Source of the DNA: Balanoglossus misakiensis
Lineage: Eukaryota; Animalia; Hemichordata
Assembly (NCBI GenBank): GCA_040954595.2
Contig: CM082596.2
Location: forward strand, 3,403,025-3,467,024
DNA: 64,000 nucleotides
Direction: 5' to 3'
Part shown: positions 36,201-50,373 of the stretch, piece after piece
Numbering within the stretch: position 1 is the first letter of the stretch
How the letters are laid out: the number at the start of each line of letters is the position of its first letter
Program-made: the position numbers and the translations under genes
The notes under the pieces: generated by a model
The model's input: the letters and a program-made list of their open reading frames with translations, nothing else
Databases searched by the model: none
What the model was told of the DNA's origin: nothing

Positions 36201-39200
36201 GTTAGTCAAGTAGGGTCGCCATTTAAATTTTTTGTGGAATTTTTAACAGTACACAAAGTGTCCGTTGAATGCCTTAAACGAAATAATACTTTTGGCAAAA
36301 CATTTGATGATGTGTTAGGACAGAATCTATAGCATCTCTGAGTCTTTTTTTCTCATCAAAACAAAGAAATCTGTGTGTTTACCCTTTGCCCTAGTATTGA
36401 ATGTACCACTGACATTGCTATGTTCTGCTCAATTAAACCTGGCTCGTACTTCACCAGAACATAAAAGATGTTATCTGTGGAAATCCCTGGGGACAGTAAT
36501 GTTATGGTTAATTACATGTTCAGGTCCAGTTACCAGGCATGAAGATGCTATCTGATAAACTTGGAAGTTTATTTACATCAGGGTTGTATTTTGAGGATCC
36601 ACCCCAAACACACCAAAGTGGGACTTAACCAGAAGTGCACCTGGAGTATATTTGGGGTGGGTCCAATTTATGAAAGGGATGTGACCACAGATGTAATTCA
36701 ACCATTTGAGATTTACCTTCCTCCACATGTAACTCTGCACTGCAGTTCAAGTATCCAGCTGCATTGACTGCCTTGGCCGTGTACAAACCAGCATCTTCTG
36801 GATACACGGCTGACATGTGAAGAATGAACCTGCAGACAAATCAGAATGACCAAGTCAAGATTGGAAAGCTACATATCATCATTAGGAAAATGTTCACATT
36901 AAGTTACTGTACATCGCAACCTTAAATTGTTACTGAGACAGTAAAAGCTGGTATGACCCTTGCATTCTACATGTATATACCAACACCTTTACTACTGACA
37001 CATTCAGCTAAACAAATACATCAGTGATGAAGAACACGACTGTTTCTGTAAATTCTGTAAAATCCATGTGTTTGCATCATGTCATGATTGAGTTCTAAGA
37101 AATCTATCTGTTTACAAAATGTTAGAGTTGAACAACAGTTTCACTTAATCCTTAGATCTCACAAATCTATTTGTTTATATAAATCTTAGGAATTCATCGA
37201 TTCTCATAAATTGTTCACAAACTTTGGAATTTCACTGAAATTAAAATAAATAAACTAAAGTTTGATCGACCGAGTTATAGCAACTCTAGTTGTGCAACTT
37301 GGTTACTCTGGCCCACATCAAATTGAAATATTTGAACATTACATTGAATTAAAGCAAAGCGTGGGCTGCGTACATCAAAGTGACCACAGACAGAGTTCAT
37401 GACTTCTGATTGCCCCAAAAATGCGAGAAATTCCTGTAACAGTTTGAAATGTGTGATTAAATTCACTTGGAACATCAATACTACATACAAGGGCACCTTA
37501 GGAAACAAGCACATCCTGTTTTGTTTTTTCTACGACCAAACACTGCAGTATTTCTCTCGTAATGAGTTATCTCAACAAATCAACTTGCTTGTTTTGAATG
37601 GCTGATACCACCTCTATTTCGAAGATGTATTATCATGTTTCTGTCTGTTGTTTCAAGCATATCACCAATTTGAAATACAGCAGAGCCAAAGGGAATGTAT
37701 GGTATTTGTAACTACCTGATCTATAGCATGTACTCTCAGTGTGATGGAGATCGAGACAACTTGGGGTTTGAATAACATGTGGGACAATTTGACTGATGAA
37801 TCAAAGCAAAAACCCACGGCAAGAACAAACCTTCTCTCACGAAAACCAAACGAGATTTATAATTTCTACATCTAGAATGCGATACAGTTCATACTTATCA
37901 GCAGAACTGACTATAAATTGTTGCGGGATGTCATCAAATTAAACATCAAGGTCTTACATTCTATCACGTCAGTCTTTAAACTCTACTGATAAAATCATAC
38001 ACTGGTATTAACTTGATAATCACTGTCAATGGCGTACTTTGCACAGTCCACTTAGCACACAATGAGAAAAGCAGACAATTAAACAGGGTCGGTGTTCTCT
38101 ACAGAAGACAAATTAAATGATATAGATGAACTTTAATGGATAACATATGTTTAATTTTTGCAATAGTGACATGTTTTTTATGATTATTTTTCTCCCTTTC
38201 TTTATGACAATTACCCTACAGACAGTACGTGCTACTGGTTATCTAACACTAACACCGTACAGCTCATCTGAACAAGGTGAATGTACTTTGACTGAGGGTG
38301 TGTACATGTTTGCTGATGTTCAGACTGATCCTCATGAGATTTATGCCAGTGTTTTTGCCATACCCGGTAAGTCTGGAATAACATCACTGGTATCAAAATC
38401 ACCGTAACCTCAAAGATGGACAGAGAAGAGGATTATGCACATCAGAAGGGGTGTGTGCTTGTTGTTATTGGCCAGTGACTTGTTTAAGTTTAATGGAATA
38501 TTTTCTCTCTGAATCATGGGACCCTTTTAAGGTTTATAAAAAGCACAACCTTACACAAACATATATTTACACGGTCAACAGGAAAAAGTCCCTGATAAAG
38601 GTATTAACAGACAAACTAAAATCCCATTTTTAGCAGACAAGGAATGTAGAGTGTATTCTGTTGTACTTTATGTGCTGTGTTGTGGGTGTGTTCCTCTCAA
38701 AATGTTAGTACATGTATGTCAAGAATGCCAGATAATCAATAATTTTGTCCAGACTCCCAACGACGTTGCGTCGCCCACTTTCATCCCTCTAAGCATGTTC
38801 CTGTTTGTACCTCTAACATGACCTATTCTGCAGTGACATCCATAAGACACTGCAGATGTCTGCATATATCACTTTCTTGTTGAGTAGCTCTGTCTACCAG
38901 TCTGACCTTGGACGTGGAATCTTAGCCATGTAGAACATGATGTACATGGAAACTATCCTTGAATGCAGAGATGGAGAAAAACTCGATCTGGATGAGCAGA
39001 TCTGATTTACAGGTTGCCTGACACTGTTCTGACTGCATGGACTCTGCAGTCATTATGTACTTCAAAATATCACCCTCATGATGCTTGTACTTCAGTGGGG
39101 AAATGATATTCGACAAAATGATACAAGTCATTGTCAATGACACAGTCCCCATGGATCAACCGATGATGAAACACAGAAGAAAATCATTGCAGAATGAATC

Positions 39201-39681
39201 ACCCGATAGAATGTGAAGAGGTCTCGTGATAACAGGCCAAATATCAGTTTGAGGAGAAATGTTGACAGTGCACAGTAGTTGAAAATGAAGAATGTTTCAG
39301 TGGGTGTTTCTCGTGGAAATGAAACCAAAGTTAATCTACTTCAGTTATTTGACAAATGTCTGCTGATAAATCTTCAACTCCTGTACCTTTATCACAAGTT
39401 CTCACACTACTGTTTGCAGTACAAAACATGTATGAAAACCCCCCAGATCCTAACACCATATCCTCACCTGTTTCCATCTTGAATAAACTTGAAATCATCG
39501 CCTTCTCGGATTGGGAAATTATTCCTCAACCAGATGACGGTCGGTTTAGGGTTTCCTGAGATGACACACTCAAACCTCACTGGTTGCCCCTCCACCACGT
39601 CCTGCGACTCGATCCTCTTCAGGAATTTCGGGGCATCTTCCGTTTCTGGTGCAGTGAAATAACTGTCACTGTCACTGGGCT
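30273..39681 (-). CDS. Ig(I-set)x5 - Fn3 - Ig x2 region of the SPEG/obscurin/UNC-89-like muscle protein
   Basis: Exons 39681-39468, 36829-36717, 35092-34861, 33967-33789, 33005-32052 (3 Ig), 31911-31867 (micro), 31624-31325 (Fn3), 31228-31187 (micro), 30970-30674, 30554-30273. Repeated P.F...L.D..V.EG....C.V.G.P.P.V.W and D.G.Y.C.A.N..G motifs; all phases join. Confidence 0.93.
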
Positions 39682-42600
39682 CTGAAAAGATTGACAAGAA
39701 AACATATTCTTGAAGTACCGGTACAGTAATATGAAAGTCAAGACCCATTGATCTGTGCATGTGGCATTTACAGTTGAAGTTAGAGAATGTTTACACAGCA
39801 TTTTAATAAATAAAAGAAGAAAGTGATCAAGAAACGAGTGATCATGGAATGTTGGCATCTCTCAATAACCAACAGAATGCTGCATCTTCATGGCAAGAAT
39901 AATATTGAAGTCGTTGAATAATTCAAGATGATATCAAGGCCTTTTGAAGGGACAACTAGAATGCAGTAAAGTTTAATCAAAACGATAGAATTTTAATAAA
40001 ATTGGCTCGGAACAGCTGCCTCGACCGTGTACGGTCTGTAAACCTGTTATCTTTATGAAATTAGACAGGTCGACTTTATAAGACAAAATAATCACATTTT
40101 ATTCTCTTGGGAACCTATTTTGTTGTAGACTATCAAAACTCTTGTAATGATGGAATTACGTCAAAATGGTAACTATAGAAAACAGACAAATCAAAAGCGA
40201 CAGAACAACAGGACAGGAATCTCCACTCAGTTAAATGCTTTTAATCTCCCTTCCACATTGGAATTTAACAACTGTTCCTTTTCACAAACATCTGGCTATG
40301 ACACATTCTTTCTACGGTAGCAAAAGTTTTACTGAGCCACTGAAGATAAAATGCCACAAACAAGTTAGAAAGCTGAGGGGATGCTTTAAATTAACGGTGT
40401 GAACATAACCCAGTTGGCACTACATTCACAGCTGCAAATGTGTGGCAAGTAGACTAGTTGTGTGATCCATCCAGAGATTATTCCACCTTCAAATGTCCAC
40501 TGCCTGTTTGGTTTATATTTCAGTGGTTTTTATCGGACGTTTTTTGGCAAGTGCAGTGTCCTGTGCATTTTGGACCCTTCCCATGATTCACCTCATATAC
40601 CGACCCTCTGTTACAGATCTTATCATGTTTGGTTTTTGATTTGTGGAGTTTTACACAATCAAATTTCCCCCCCCCCCAGACATTTCAGATTCCTCTTGTA
40701 CAGTATGAACAAAGTTTTTAAGGACCTAATCGAATTAAAAACTATACTGCATACTCCTACCAGTTGTACATAATCAAGTGTACCAGTACTAATCATCACA
40801 TTCGCTCACCATCTTCAGCAAAATAATATCCAATGTCAGTTTATCAACAAGGTCGTTCTAACTCCTGACCATCTCTTCCTGAAAGGGGAAGGTGATATGC
40901 TCAGAGTCTGGTACGTTTCACCTTTGCTACCATCCAGAACCTCTTAACCAATAATGCCACAATTTATAACCAGCAGTGCAGACTATGGCAAAAAATAATA
41001 TTTAACGATATAGTTTACTACCGTTTCAGCAATGAATGTTGGAGAGCCAACTAAAGCATTCTATCCTCTTTTATAGGAGAATGGGAGAGTTGTCAAATTG
41101 TTTCCCTCAATTAAAGTTTACCCCTGTGCTCCCTTAATCCAGATCACTTCAATCTATTCTATGCAATGATACTCATGTGAATATAAAATTCTTTGACACG
41201 AATGACTTTCATCTCAAATGGCATCTACTTTTTCGCAAAATTCTGTTCTCTATTCTAACTTATTCTATACATTTTTTGGTAGCTCAGACTTAAAAATCCA
41301 CGAGTGCTCCTCAAGAAATCCTCTTCACAATATTTACAATCCACTGAAGATAAACTATATCCCGCTGAAGTTCATTGCTCTCTGAACAACTCTCAGCAGA
41401 GGAATGTTAATTCCCAAATGTTGAGAATACTTTGCCATCTCTCTACATCCAATCCTACCACAGTGTAAACATGTTTATTTTTATAAACATCTGTTTTCTT
41501 TTTCCAGTCGACTCGCACTCCTGCTGTGCCCCCTTCGAGGTGTTTCCGGAATCGAATTAATTTTCCTTGTTTGTCAATATTATTCAGATGAATTCAAGAT
41601 GATCACCTTCCATTCAAATATAGGGAAATCCAAACACTCCTATACTCAATAAACAGAACTTGTTGCTCTTTAGAAATGTCCCACTATAAAACGGTCTTAA
41701 TTTGTGGCCTGTGGATTTCCAAGTCTAATGGCTTTGCGGGTGGGAAAGTTGTCTGTAAACAATGATTTCCAGCGGAACCCTTTAGTAGATATGGTAATTG
41801 TGATGGCAGATTGAAAACATGTAGAGAGACAGAAGATTGTAATCATGTAACCAACATGAACACTTTAGATGAAAGACTGGTTCTTACAGTGGTAATAATA
41901 TTGCTATTAAATATAAACATTCAATTGGATTGCCATTTTGGCATTTGATATAGCCCTGTTTAGCATATCTGTCATGTCTGATCCTAAAAAAGGCTTTTAT
42001 TTTATGATAAATTTTAAGTGTTTTATATATAGTAACTAAATGAATAAAATTATACCCTGTAACAATGTTGAAGAGTCTACCAACAGAAAATCTAATTTGC
42101 TGAACAGATACTGTACTGGCTTGATCAATAGTCCAGATGTTTGTAGGATACAATGACTACAAATTCTTTCAGGAAATATACAGTTCTGTGTAACATCGCT
42201 GAAATGTGAAGGACTTTTCAGGATGGGAGACACCTGGACCCTAACTGGATGTATCTATGACATCCTCACCTGACCCATGATGAAGGATGCACCAAGGTTA
42301 ACTTTCATCAGTTACCACAGTGACATACTCCCAAACCCTGTCTCTCACAGATACCAGCTTAACCCTTCCATCCCTCTGTGGACATTCAACGTTTACAGAA
42401 AACAGTACAGATGGACTAAACCATGATAGCGAACAGTTTAAACTCAAATCGTTTCCTCCGTCAGCCTGTGCATGCTGCCTAACATCAACAAACAGATGTA
42501 TCAATTTTCATTACAACAATTAGACGTAATAGTCAGAGAATTCAAAAAGCAATTAAAAATCACCCCATCCGGTTTCCTCCAAGTTATATCACTTAATAGC

Positions 42601-44236
42601 TCAACGTTTTTTGTTCATATCATATTACCTAAACAGCATCCGAGAAGACTTTTTTGCTAATTTCTCCTTTTGATTACATTGGTGTGACTTTGATTTAAAA
42701 GAGTGTCTGCTTCACAGAATTATACACCTTTCTTCAATGTGATATCATTGGCATGTATTTGATGGAATGATACTAACTTCTTCTATTATTCAAAGATCAT
42801 CTGAATAACATTATGCAGAAGTTTTCAACTTCTTACATAGAAGTAGAATACAGGAAGACGCATTTTGTTCGAAGATGACCACAAAGTGCCAGTTTTGTTT
42901 TACTTTTCAGATCTCTGACACACCAGGCCACTTACTAGTTTCAAAATAATGCCTAGTACAGCTATGAACAGCTGTCTGTAAAATATCATCTCCAATGACA
43001 AGACGTGACAACCTAAACCAAATATTTTTTCTTGGTTGGGTAATACGTCATTATCAACATGAAGAAATTAGATTTTTTTGTCTTGGAATGAAAATTTAAA
43101 AGTGAACGAAAAAGTGAAGTGTGGGTGTTACGGTACCTATGATCGGCTCCAAACGCCGGCAATGTAGCATGGCTAAGGATTGCATTGGTACAGATGTCAT
43201 ATACAGATGTCACTGAAACACGTCTGGAGATTCCTCTATCAGCGACTGTTCTGCCGAGTACACAGACAAACCACCCTGCATTCATATCTGTCACTGTTTC
43301 TGATTGGCTGACTCGGGTGGGTTGCCATGGTTCAAGCATGGCTACCTCCATGGTTCAAATCAAGCCACTCGGACTGAGGATGTCAGGGATCAGACTATCG
43401 TGATTCCATCATGGCCCACAGCCATCGCTTTTAAATTGATCCAATTAAGCAGTCGTTCTTATCAAGTGATAGCATCCACTAGTCATACAGCATTAACTGG
43501 CCGCCTCTGTTTGACTCTATCCGTAAAACGATATCCCGAAGTTTAAAAACTTTGAGAATCATGTTGCCCCCCAGCACTGTATCGTTAACAAAAACATTTG
43601 CCCCAATTCAATAACTATCCTAAATGTCGTATTTGTGTTATTAATGTCAAAAAGCTCTCATAAAATATTTCAAATTTTATCAAAGTTATTCTGTATTTCC
43701 ACGGACTATTTTGATACTTGAGTGACATATTTGTGTAGCGCTCATACTTGCACAGGGCAAAAAGCCACTATTTACACACTAAATTTAGTGGCTTTATGTT
43801 TATATATATAGATGGGATTATTGCAAATCTACTGTGCAGTCTTGCCCTGGGGTGGGTCAACAGAACCTAGGGTTTATGGCTTGCTGCAACAAGTATGACA
43901 TTTCTTGTCAAGAGAAAAAAAAAAGTGTGCAGACATCTTTGCTTTCACGCTAAATCAAAGTTGAAAATCGTAAAACTTTAAAAAGAAACTAGGAGCTGAA
44001 CTGGAGTAAACCTCAAATGATTTTTTCTGTGACCTCAACTGATTGCGAAATGATTGCTGGCATTCCGCGCAAAGTGGCAGGGAGGCGGCTGAGACCATAA
44101 TTCAAGCTCACTTGTCAGTCTCAATTGGTCTTTGTTTTTGTACGATGAACTTCACATTGAGAATTTCGTCCTCTGCTGCTGCAGCTGTGGGCAGCATGTC
44201 AAAGCCACAGATGACATCCAAAAACAGAACGTGTTG

Positions 44237-44330
44237 TTGAACCTTTCACCACCATGGGTTGGTCCAAATCAATTGTTTTCTAAAGGCAAAATTGGACCTC
44301 TACAGCGGGAAATGGAGGTGAAGGTACATT
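44237..44330 (+). mobile_element. Dispersed MITE-like repeat, copy 2
   Basis: The first ~46 nt are similar to 23363-23408 (see copy 1). Confidence 0.45.
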
Positions 44331-44961
44331 GTATGTACTGTAGACATCACATACCCTTTGTATGGCAAAAGTAAATCACTTATTTTTTAACAGTTTTGCA
44401 GTGAAAGATAACCTGCATGAACAGAATGTCGATCGCTCATAAAGGTTTATTTTTTGAAGTTTGTCTTCAAGAATTCAGAGGCTGACTCAGCAAAAAACTT
44501 TGGAATATTTGAAGGGAAGGTCGTTTGAATGCTTGTACTGCTTAGGGAGCCAGATTAAGATTTTATTTGTATACTTTTGAGTTTAGTGTGGTTAGAAATT
44601 CTGAAATATTTCTGTATATGGAAGTGAAATTGTAATCACATGACAAAACTGTCACAATGATTTGTGCCAAAAATCTTGAAATTTATCAGATGCTAACAAG
44701 CAACCAACACAGATCAGTGAGAATTAAAGGGATACACCTTCTGTGATTGGGTCAGCACAGATCTTGTATGTACGATACATTCGTTTTCTGATTAACTTAA
44801 CAAGACATATGCATGGAGTCAATGATTTATGCTACTGAAATGTCCAGTGAGAGAAAGAAGAGCACACATTTATCTGAACTTTGCACTGTGCAATTTTACA
44901 GAGAGCAGTTTCAAAACATGCTGGAACAGTCAGTGTTTAGGAACCAACAAGGACTGGTCAC

Positions 44962-44971
44962 CCTTTATAGG
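44962..44971. promoter_or_regulatory. CArG box CCTTTATAGG just downstream (in transcription direction) of the bridging exon
   Basis: Exact CC(A/T)6GG match; function not shown. Confidence 0.3.
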
Positions 44972-45316
44972 TGAAACGTGATCAAATAAACAGACTGAAA
45001 AAAAACCATGATGGCTCTACCCTACATGGCCATGGGTTGGGTTTTTACAGCAAATGCACTGATTGAAACTATTCAATACACAGTCAGGCTTTCAGTGTTT
45101 ATAGCCAGATACTGATGGATTCAAAGCATTCCTGGTTTGACATGGTTTGAATTATTCAAAACTTGTGGGAGAAATGTTCCATTCGTCTCATATGGTGCAT
45201 TATACAAGGCAGTAAAACACTGATATTTTAGCAACTGCAAAGATAGAAGTCTATTTTCCAGACTTATACTCTTTTCACAGTGTACTGGTAGTTGCTGTGA
45301 AAGAAGCATGACTTAC

Positions 45317-45509
45317 CACTGAAGCGGCGATGAGGTAGATAACTTGAACTGAGCTCGCTCTCTGATTCTCTGTGTGTACTTTGACTGTCACCATTATCTG
45401 TGTCTGTGTCGGTCACCAGCGCTGGCGGGAAACTTGGTAGAATGGATGGATAGGGTACTGGTGCTATTTTCCCCGTGCGTAGGAACTGCCTTGTTCTGTG
45501 GATTGCTTT
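45317..45509 (-). CDS. Bridging exon linking the MLCK kinase to the SPEG/obscurin-like Ig region
   Basis: TCTTACAG|AAA GCA ATC CAC ... TTC AGT G|GTAAGT, 193 nt, open (KAIHRTRQFLRTGKIAPVPYPSILPSFPPALVTDTDTDNGDSQSTHRESESELSSSYLPHRRFS). Phase 0 in matches ARRKWQ|; phase 1 out matches exon 39681. Confidence 0.72.
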
Positions 45510-48500
45510 CTGTAAGACCCAAAGGAAATAAATAATTCATCAATGAATCTGTGCTGGAAAACATAAAGATCTGCAAAATATGAAAGTGTTGCTGTGGTTT
45601 GTTCGAAGATCCTCGTGTCAATGTGGAAACACCTCTTCCCTACAGAAACTAGAAATGTACTGGTGTTAATACTCAGGAAAACAGTCAAGTTCATGATCTG
45701 GTTTGAACTGTTGTAATATAATATGAACTGTGGTATATCTTATCTGAAGTTACAAACTTACGATGGCCAATTTCAAAATATTTGGGTTGCCAATGTCCTA
45801 TATGTCAAGAGTGTTCTACTAGTATGTTTAGAAAAGATTCTGATGAACATGTTCTTCAAAGAAAATCTTCCTTGTCAGATATGTCATATATCATGAACCA
45901 TGACGGTCAACAGAGCTCAAGTACTCTCAGCTATGTCACAACTTTATCAACTGTTGTGCCAATTACTGAATGATCCCACATATATCATCTTAATGCTCTG
46001 AGTCCACATCAAACCAATGCGGTTTAATTTACTGTGACCACGTTCTGCGTGGAAAGCTGCCCTCATTTGACATTATGTGGGTTATTTTTGTTTCACATGG
46101 GTCATGGTATACGCTGCTTACAGATTGAACCATATTCTAACACATCTTCATTACTTTCACCTTGTACTAATACTTGTGATTTAGAGATAAAACCCAGTTT
46201 GGAACTTCTGAATCTGTTCTATTATAATGTCATGTTGAAGTGCTACATCACATTTTTTGGAAAAACTACATTTTAAAACGTGTTAGATAAACGCAGAGCA
46301 TGGAAAACACAGCTAACCTACAAGGTGTGCTCTGATTGGCTAGCTGGGGGCTAACTAATTAACATATTTTGAACTTTAGCCCAATCACAGCTCGCTTGCC
46401 AGTGACACACCCATAGACACTTTATCAGGCAAATAAATAGACTTTGGACGTTGTTTTAACGTTTCTGGAGTGTGTATTAAAATATTTACATGTTTATTGC
46501 ATGATGTGATGTGAATTTATTGTATTTTGTCTGTTATGTGTGCGCTTCTCACATTCTTTATTTTCTTTATGTTTTTCATTGATTCAGTATTTTTACAGTT
46601 GAGAAAGCCGCCATACTTTTGTGCATATCTGGTGAAACTACAGCTTGTGAACCTGTGATAAAAGGAAGCAAGGAGAGTTAATGTCAGGAGAGTTAATGTC
46701 AACATACACAGATTCCCTGAAAAGAACAACTTTAACCACCTATACCATGTCACAGCACACAATGGGAGTTTTCGGCCCCAAATGAATTTTCAACCGTAAA
46801 AACGGTGGGGAAATTCCTGGCTTGTTTATGTCTCAAACATACCATTGTAGTAATTATTATAAACAATCAAGAATGTTTATGACTAGTAGTATACAACTGT
46901 ATGGTCATACATGCACATATTACATGTACTATCACATGACAGGAAATATACCTTGTTTATGTAACCTGTATCTACATGTAGTTGACTGGACAATAGGGGA
47001 GACGTACTTTCAAAGTTAGCTGTAAAACTTTATACTAAGTATTAACCTTGTTTTGTACTTTCACAGGCTAGTCTACTTGCAGCAGGGGTGCAAGCTGTAC
47101 TGTGGGTAAACTGTGATGGGCTAGTCTATTATGGTGGGGGAGGGGTGAAGGTGATTTGCATTCTATAGAAACCAAGTAGCAGAGAAAGTGTGAGCTTACA
47201 CTAGTTGATAATATCAAATCAATGAATTCTGAGTATACACTGTCAGTTCATACCGGTATGAGGCCTTGTTAATTGAGAAAACATAACCTTGGTCTAACTG
47301 TACAGCAATAACTGACTCTGGGACAACATATATTTTGAATGTATAGAGCACATGTTCATATTTGGATTCATTGCACTTTCTGGTCATTTAAGATAACATG
47401 TTTCCAATTTCATATAAAATTAATTGGATCCTAGCGGTGTACTAATCACAGACAACTCGTCCTACGGTCTATGTTTCAATCAACTATACAGCTGATAAAA
47501 GTTCATATGTACTTTGCCTCTGCATAAAGTTTATCTTTCTCATTAACCTTCTCCCTAAAATTAGTAATGAAACTAACAGAACGTCATGATCTCATGTTTA
47601 TGCTAACTTTGGGAGGCATGATATAACTTGTACAATTTGATAGTGGACTATGAAAAACTATGAGATGTTCTATTCATGGAAGTTTGCTTCAAGAAATTGA
47701 ACAAATCAATGATGTCGGCAAAGAAAATTCTGAGTTGATTATATTCTACACTCAAGAGATTTTCATTGAAGTAGAGATGAAATTTCCATCCATCAAACAG
47801 AGAGGTTCTGAATTACACATCTGGAGATTGAGGGCTCTGGTGCTAAATGATGATGAATCCTCAGTTGGTGTGATACGGAAACTGTTCTCTAATTCAAACC
47901 ATGCCTGCTATGTTCACCATGATATTTTTGAAAAGTTTAAACTATACTTTGACTTCTGGCCTCACAGCTATACTAAGAACACATGTGGTTGGCTGGGGTC
48001 GCCCGAGGTCAGCCGACAAATGTGATGCTGGCCAGACACGTTCTCTGTTATTGTCAGAATAATTGATACTCATGGCTGGCAGAGGGTTGGTCACACGCCT
48101 TGCATAGAGATTAGGTGTAGGTTAGTTACACCCCTGCATAAATACAGGTCTTGCTAACGTCCTGCATAAAATTAGCAAGGCTGTTGGGCTGACTCACGCA
48201 AAGTTGTACGTGATTGGTTTACGTCATTACAGTTCATTGCTGGACCATCTGTACAGCAAATCAAATACTCTGTTTGTCAAAAGTACTGGAGGGGGGGGGG
48301 TTAACATCAATTGAACTAACTTGCTAGATTTGAGGTTCATCATTTTTTTGTAAAACCGTAATGTGCAGTGCCACCTTTAATAGCTATTCTGAGGGAATTT
48401 TCCATATACTTTCCATAAAAGTTTTAGGTCAAAAATGTTGTTTGCTAAGAGTGGTTGTGCTGTGATTTTCCTTCATGTTTTATATGATCATGACACATTC

Positions 48501-50367
48501 TGATAGGATAAATCAATTTTCATTTGGCTAACAAATTTCCCAAGAACCCCCTCCCCCTCCATGAGGTACCCTGCACTGTTAGGGACAGACTGTGTGTGGT
48601 AATCTTCAGAGTTCTCACATGACAGTTTATTTTCGACTGGTGGAAGCACAACAGTTTAGAGGGTGGGTGTGTCGGCAATATATGAGGCGACATCTAACTT
48701 TTATAATTCCTGCATTATCGTTTTATCTGATCACGAATGAACTTTGACATACTCTCAAGATGAACATCACCACGTAAGATCTCGCTAGGATGAAGAATCA
48801 ATACAGGGCAAAATTGCACTAGACACTTCGGGTTATTTATAAGCATATTGCTGTTGGTGATAATTCTGTTTTCTATATTTGGTAACTTATGATTGCTCGT
48901 TGATTGGTTTCACCATCCGATATGGTGCTGGGGTAAGGTACTCGTGGTTGGGTACTGGAACGTTGATAAGAATCCATCTAGTGAACTGCACCGACTTTTC
49001 ATGAACTTATCGAAGTACGGCACGGCGACTACCGACTTCTAGGCCATTTACCTCACTGACTGCAGACCGTGGCACATGTACGCGCCGCGGGCAGGCGGTT
49101 AAATTTAGCATGAAATCGAGAGCCCTTTCTTGCACTACATCAACAAGGCTATAGGTGCTATGGACAATCCGATCTCGCTGTGAACACACAGAATTCCATT
49201 TCGCTGGTTGATAATTAGAAATATGGGGGCCCTGCACAAGGTTGCCAGCTCACGGTCAAATCGGCCGGAATATTTGGCATCTATTGGGAAAAGCTGTTAC
49301 GTGTCGATATCAATTCTTACTATAAGAAAAATAAATCCTCATATTGAAAACTTTTATATTTAGGTTACTTTTGATGATCTCAACGTACTCGTGTTGTACT
49401 TTTGTCCGTTCTTATAAGGTGAATTTAACATATTCTATGCGAGGAATTTCTGCTGGCTGCAGACTCGTGTAATCAAATCTCCCTATATCTTGGGGGCCTT
49501 CTGAATTCAGGCTGCACATTCCTGGTCACCAGTTGCAGCCGTCAAGCACCGATTTCAATTTGACAGTGGGGATCGTTAATCAAAGGGGCCATCGGTCGCG
49601 GTCGGCTGGTAAATGCCGTGATTGACAGCTCAGCTGCCGTGGACCGCTTAACATCTATCAGACATTGAGATTTTTTTTCAGGAGCCGAGGTAAAACCTGT
49701 TCATCCAGGTTTCTGACAAGGTAGAAATTGATATGTGTTTGTGTATTATGAGTGCATTCACATATGTTCATCTAACACACTTTTTTCTTTCCAAATCTTG
49801 CCACAATAAGACAGGGCACCGACTTTCTCTACTGCATCCAGTCTCTGGGACTTTGCCAGGTTGTAAAATAGGACACATCTGCCCCATCAATCTCAGACAG
49901 GATTGCATATCCAAATGTAAGTCATTTCCTGGGGCCTGGGGAAAACTATGAATTGCATAAAATCCACATGAAAACAAAATCACTCAATGTTTTGCTAGAG
50001 ATTTGTATATTTATGTATGAATCATTCAGAAGGGCAATTCAAATGGAAAATGATTTAATTTCAACATGACTAAAGGTATTCTATTCCACATCATAAGCAA
50101 TGATTAATATGATGCTAAATTTGTGCACAAATATTCTGTGAACAGTACTTTACATATAGATGGCAAAAAACATGAACATTTTGAAGATGTTTTGGTTTGA
50201 GGAATGAAACAGTGTCATCATTTCAGATTTGTTTTGGCAGTGAGATGCTGCCCTATGCTCGGGTTAATAAAGACAACTCTCATTTCTACCAACTATCACC
50301 CACAACAACCACTCTATGTATGTATGTCTGGACACATATTCACAATGTAAAAATCAAGACTGTGGTT

Positions 50368-50373
50368 TTTATT
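50368..50373 (-). terminator. Candidate polyadenylation signal of the short MLCK isoform
   Basis: AATAAA on the minus strand ~920 nt downstream of the stop at 51292, after a U-rich UTR-like stretch. Confidence 0.45.

Noticed and set aside
40810-40878. Possible 69-nt exon with good acceptor and GTGAGC donor
   Set aside because: It has stops in all three frames, and its terminal ATG is phase 0, incompatible with the phase-1 exon at 39681. At most a non-coding exon.
44112-44184. Possible extra exon (AAAEDEILNVKFIVQKQRPIETD)
   Set aside because: The exit phase does not fit the next exon and there is no recognisable homology.
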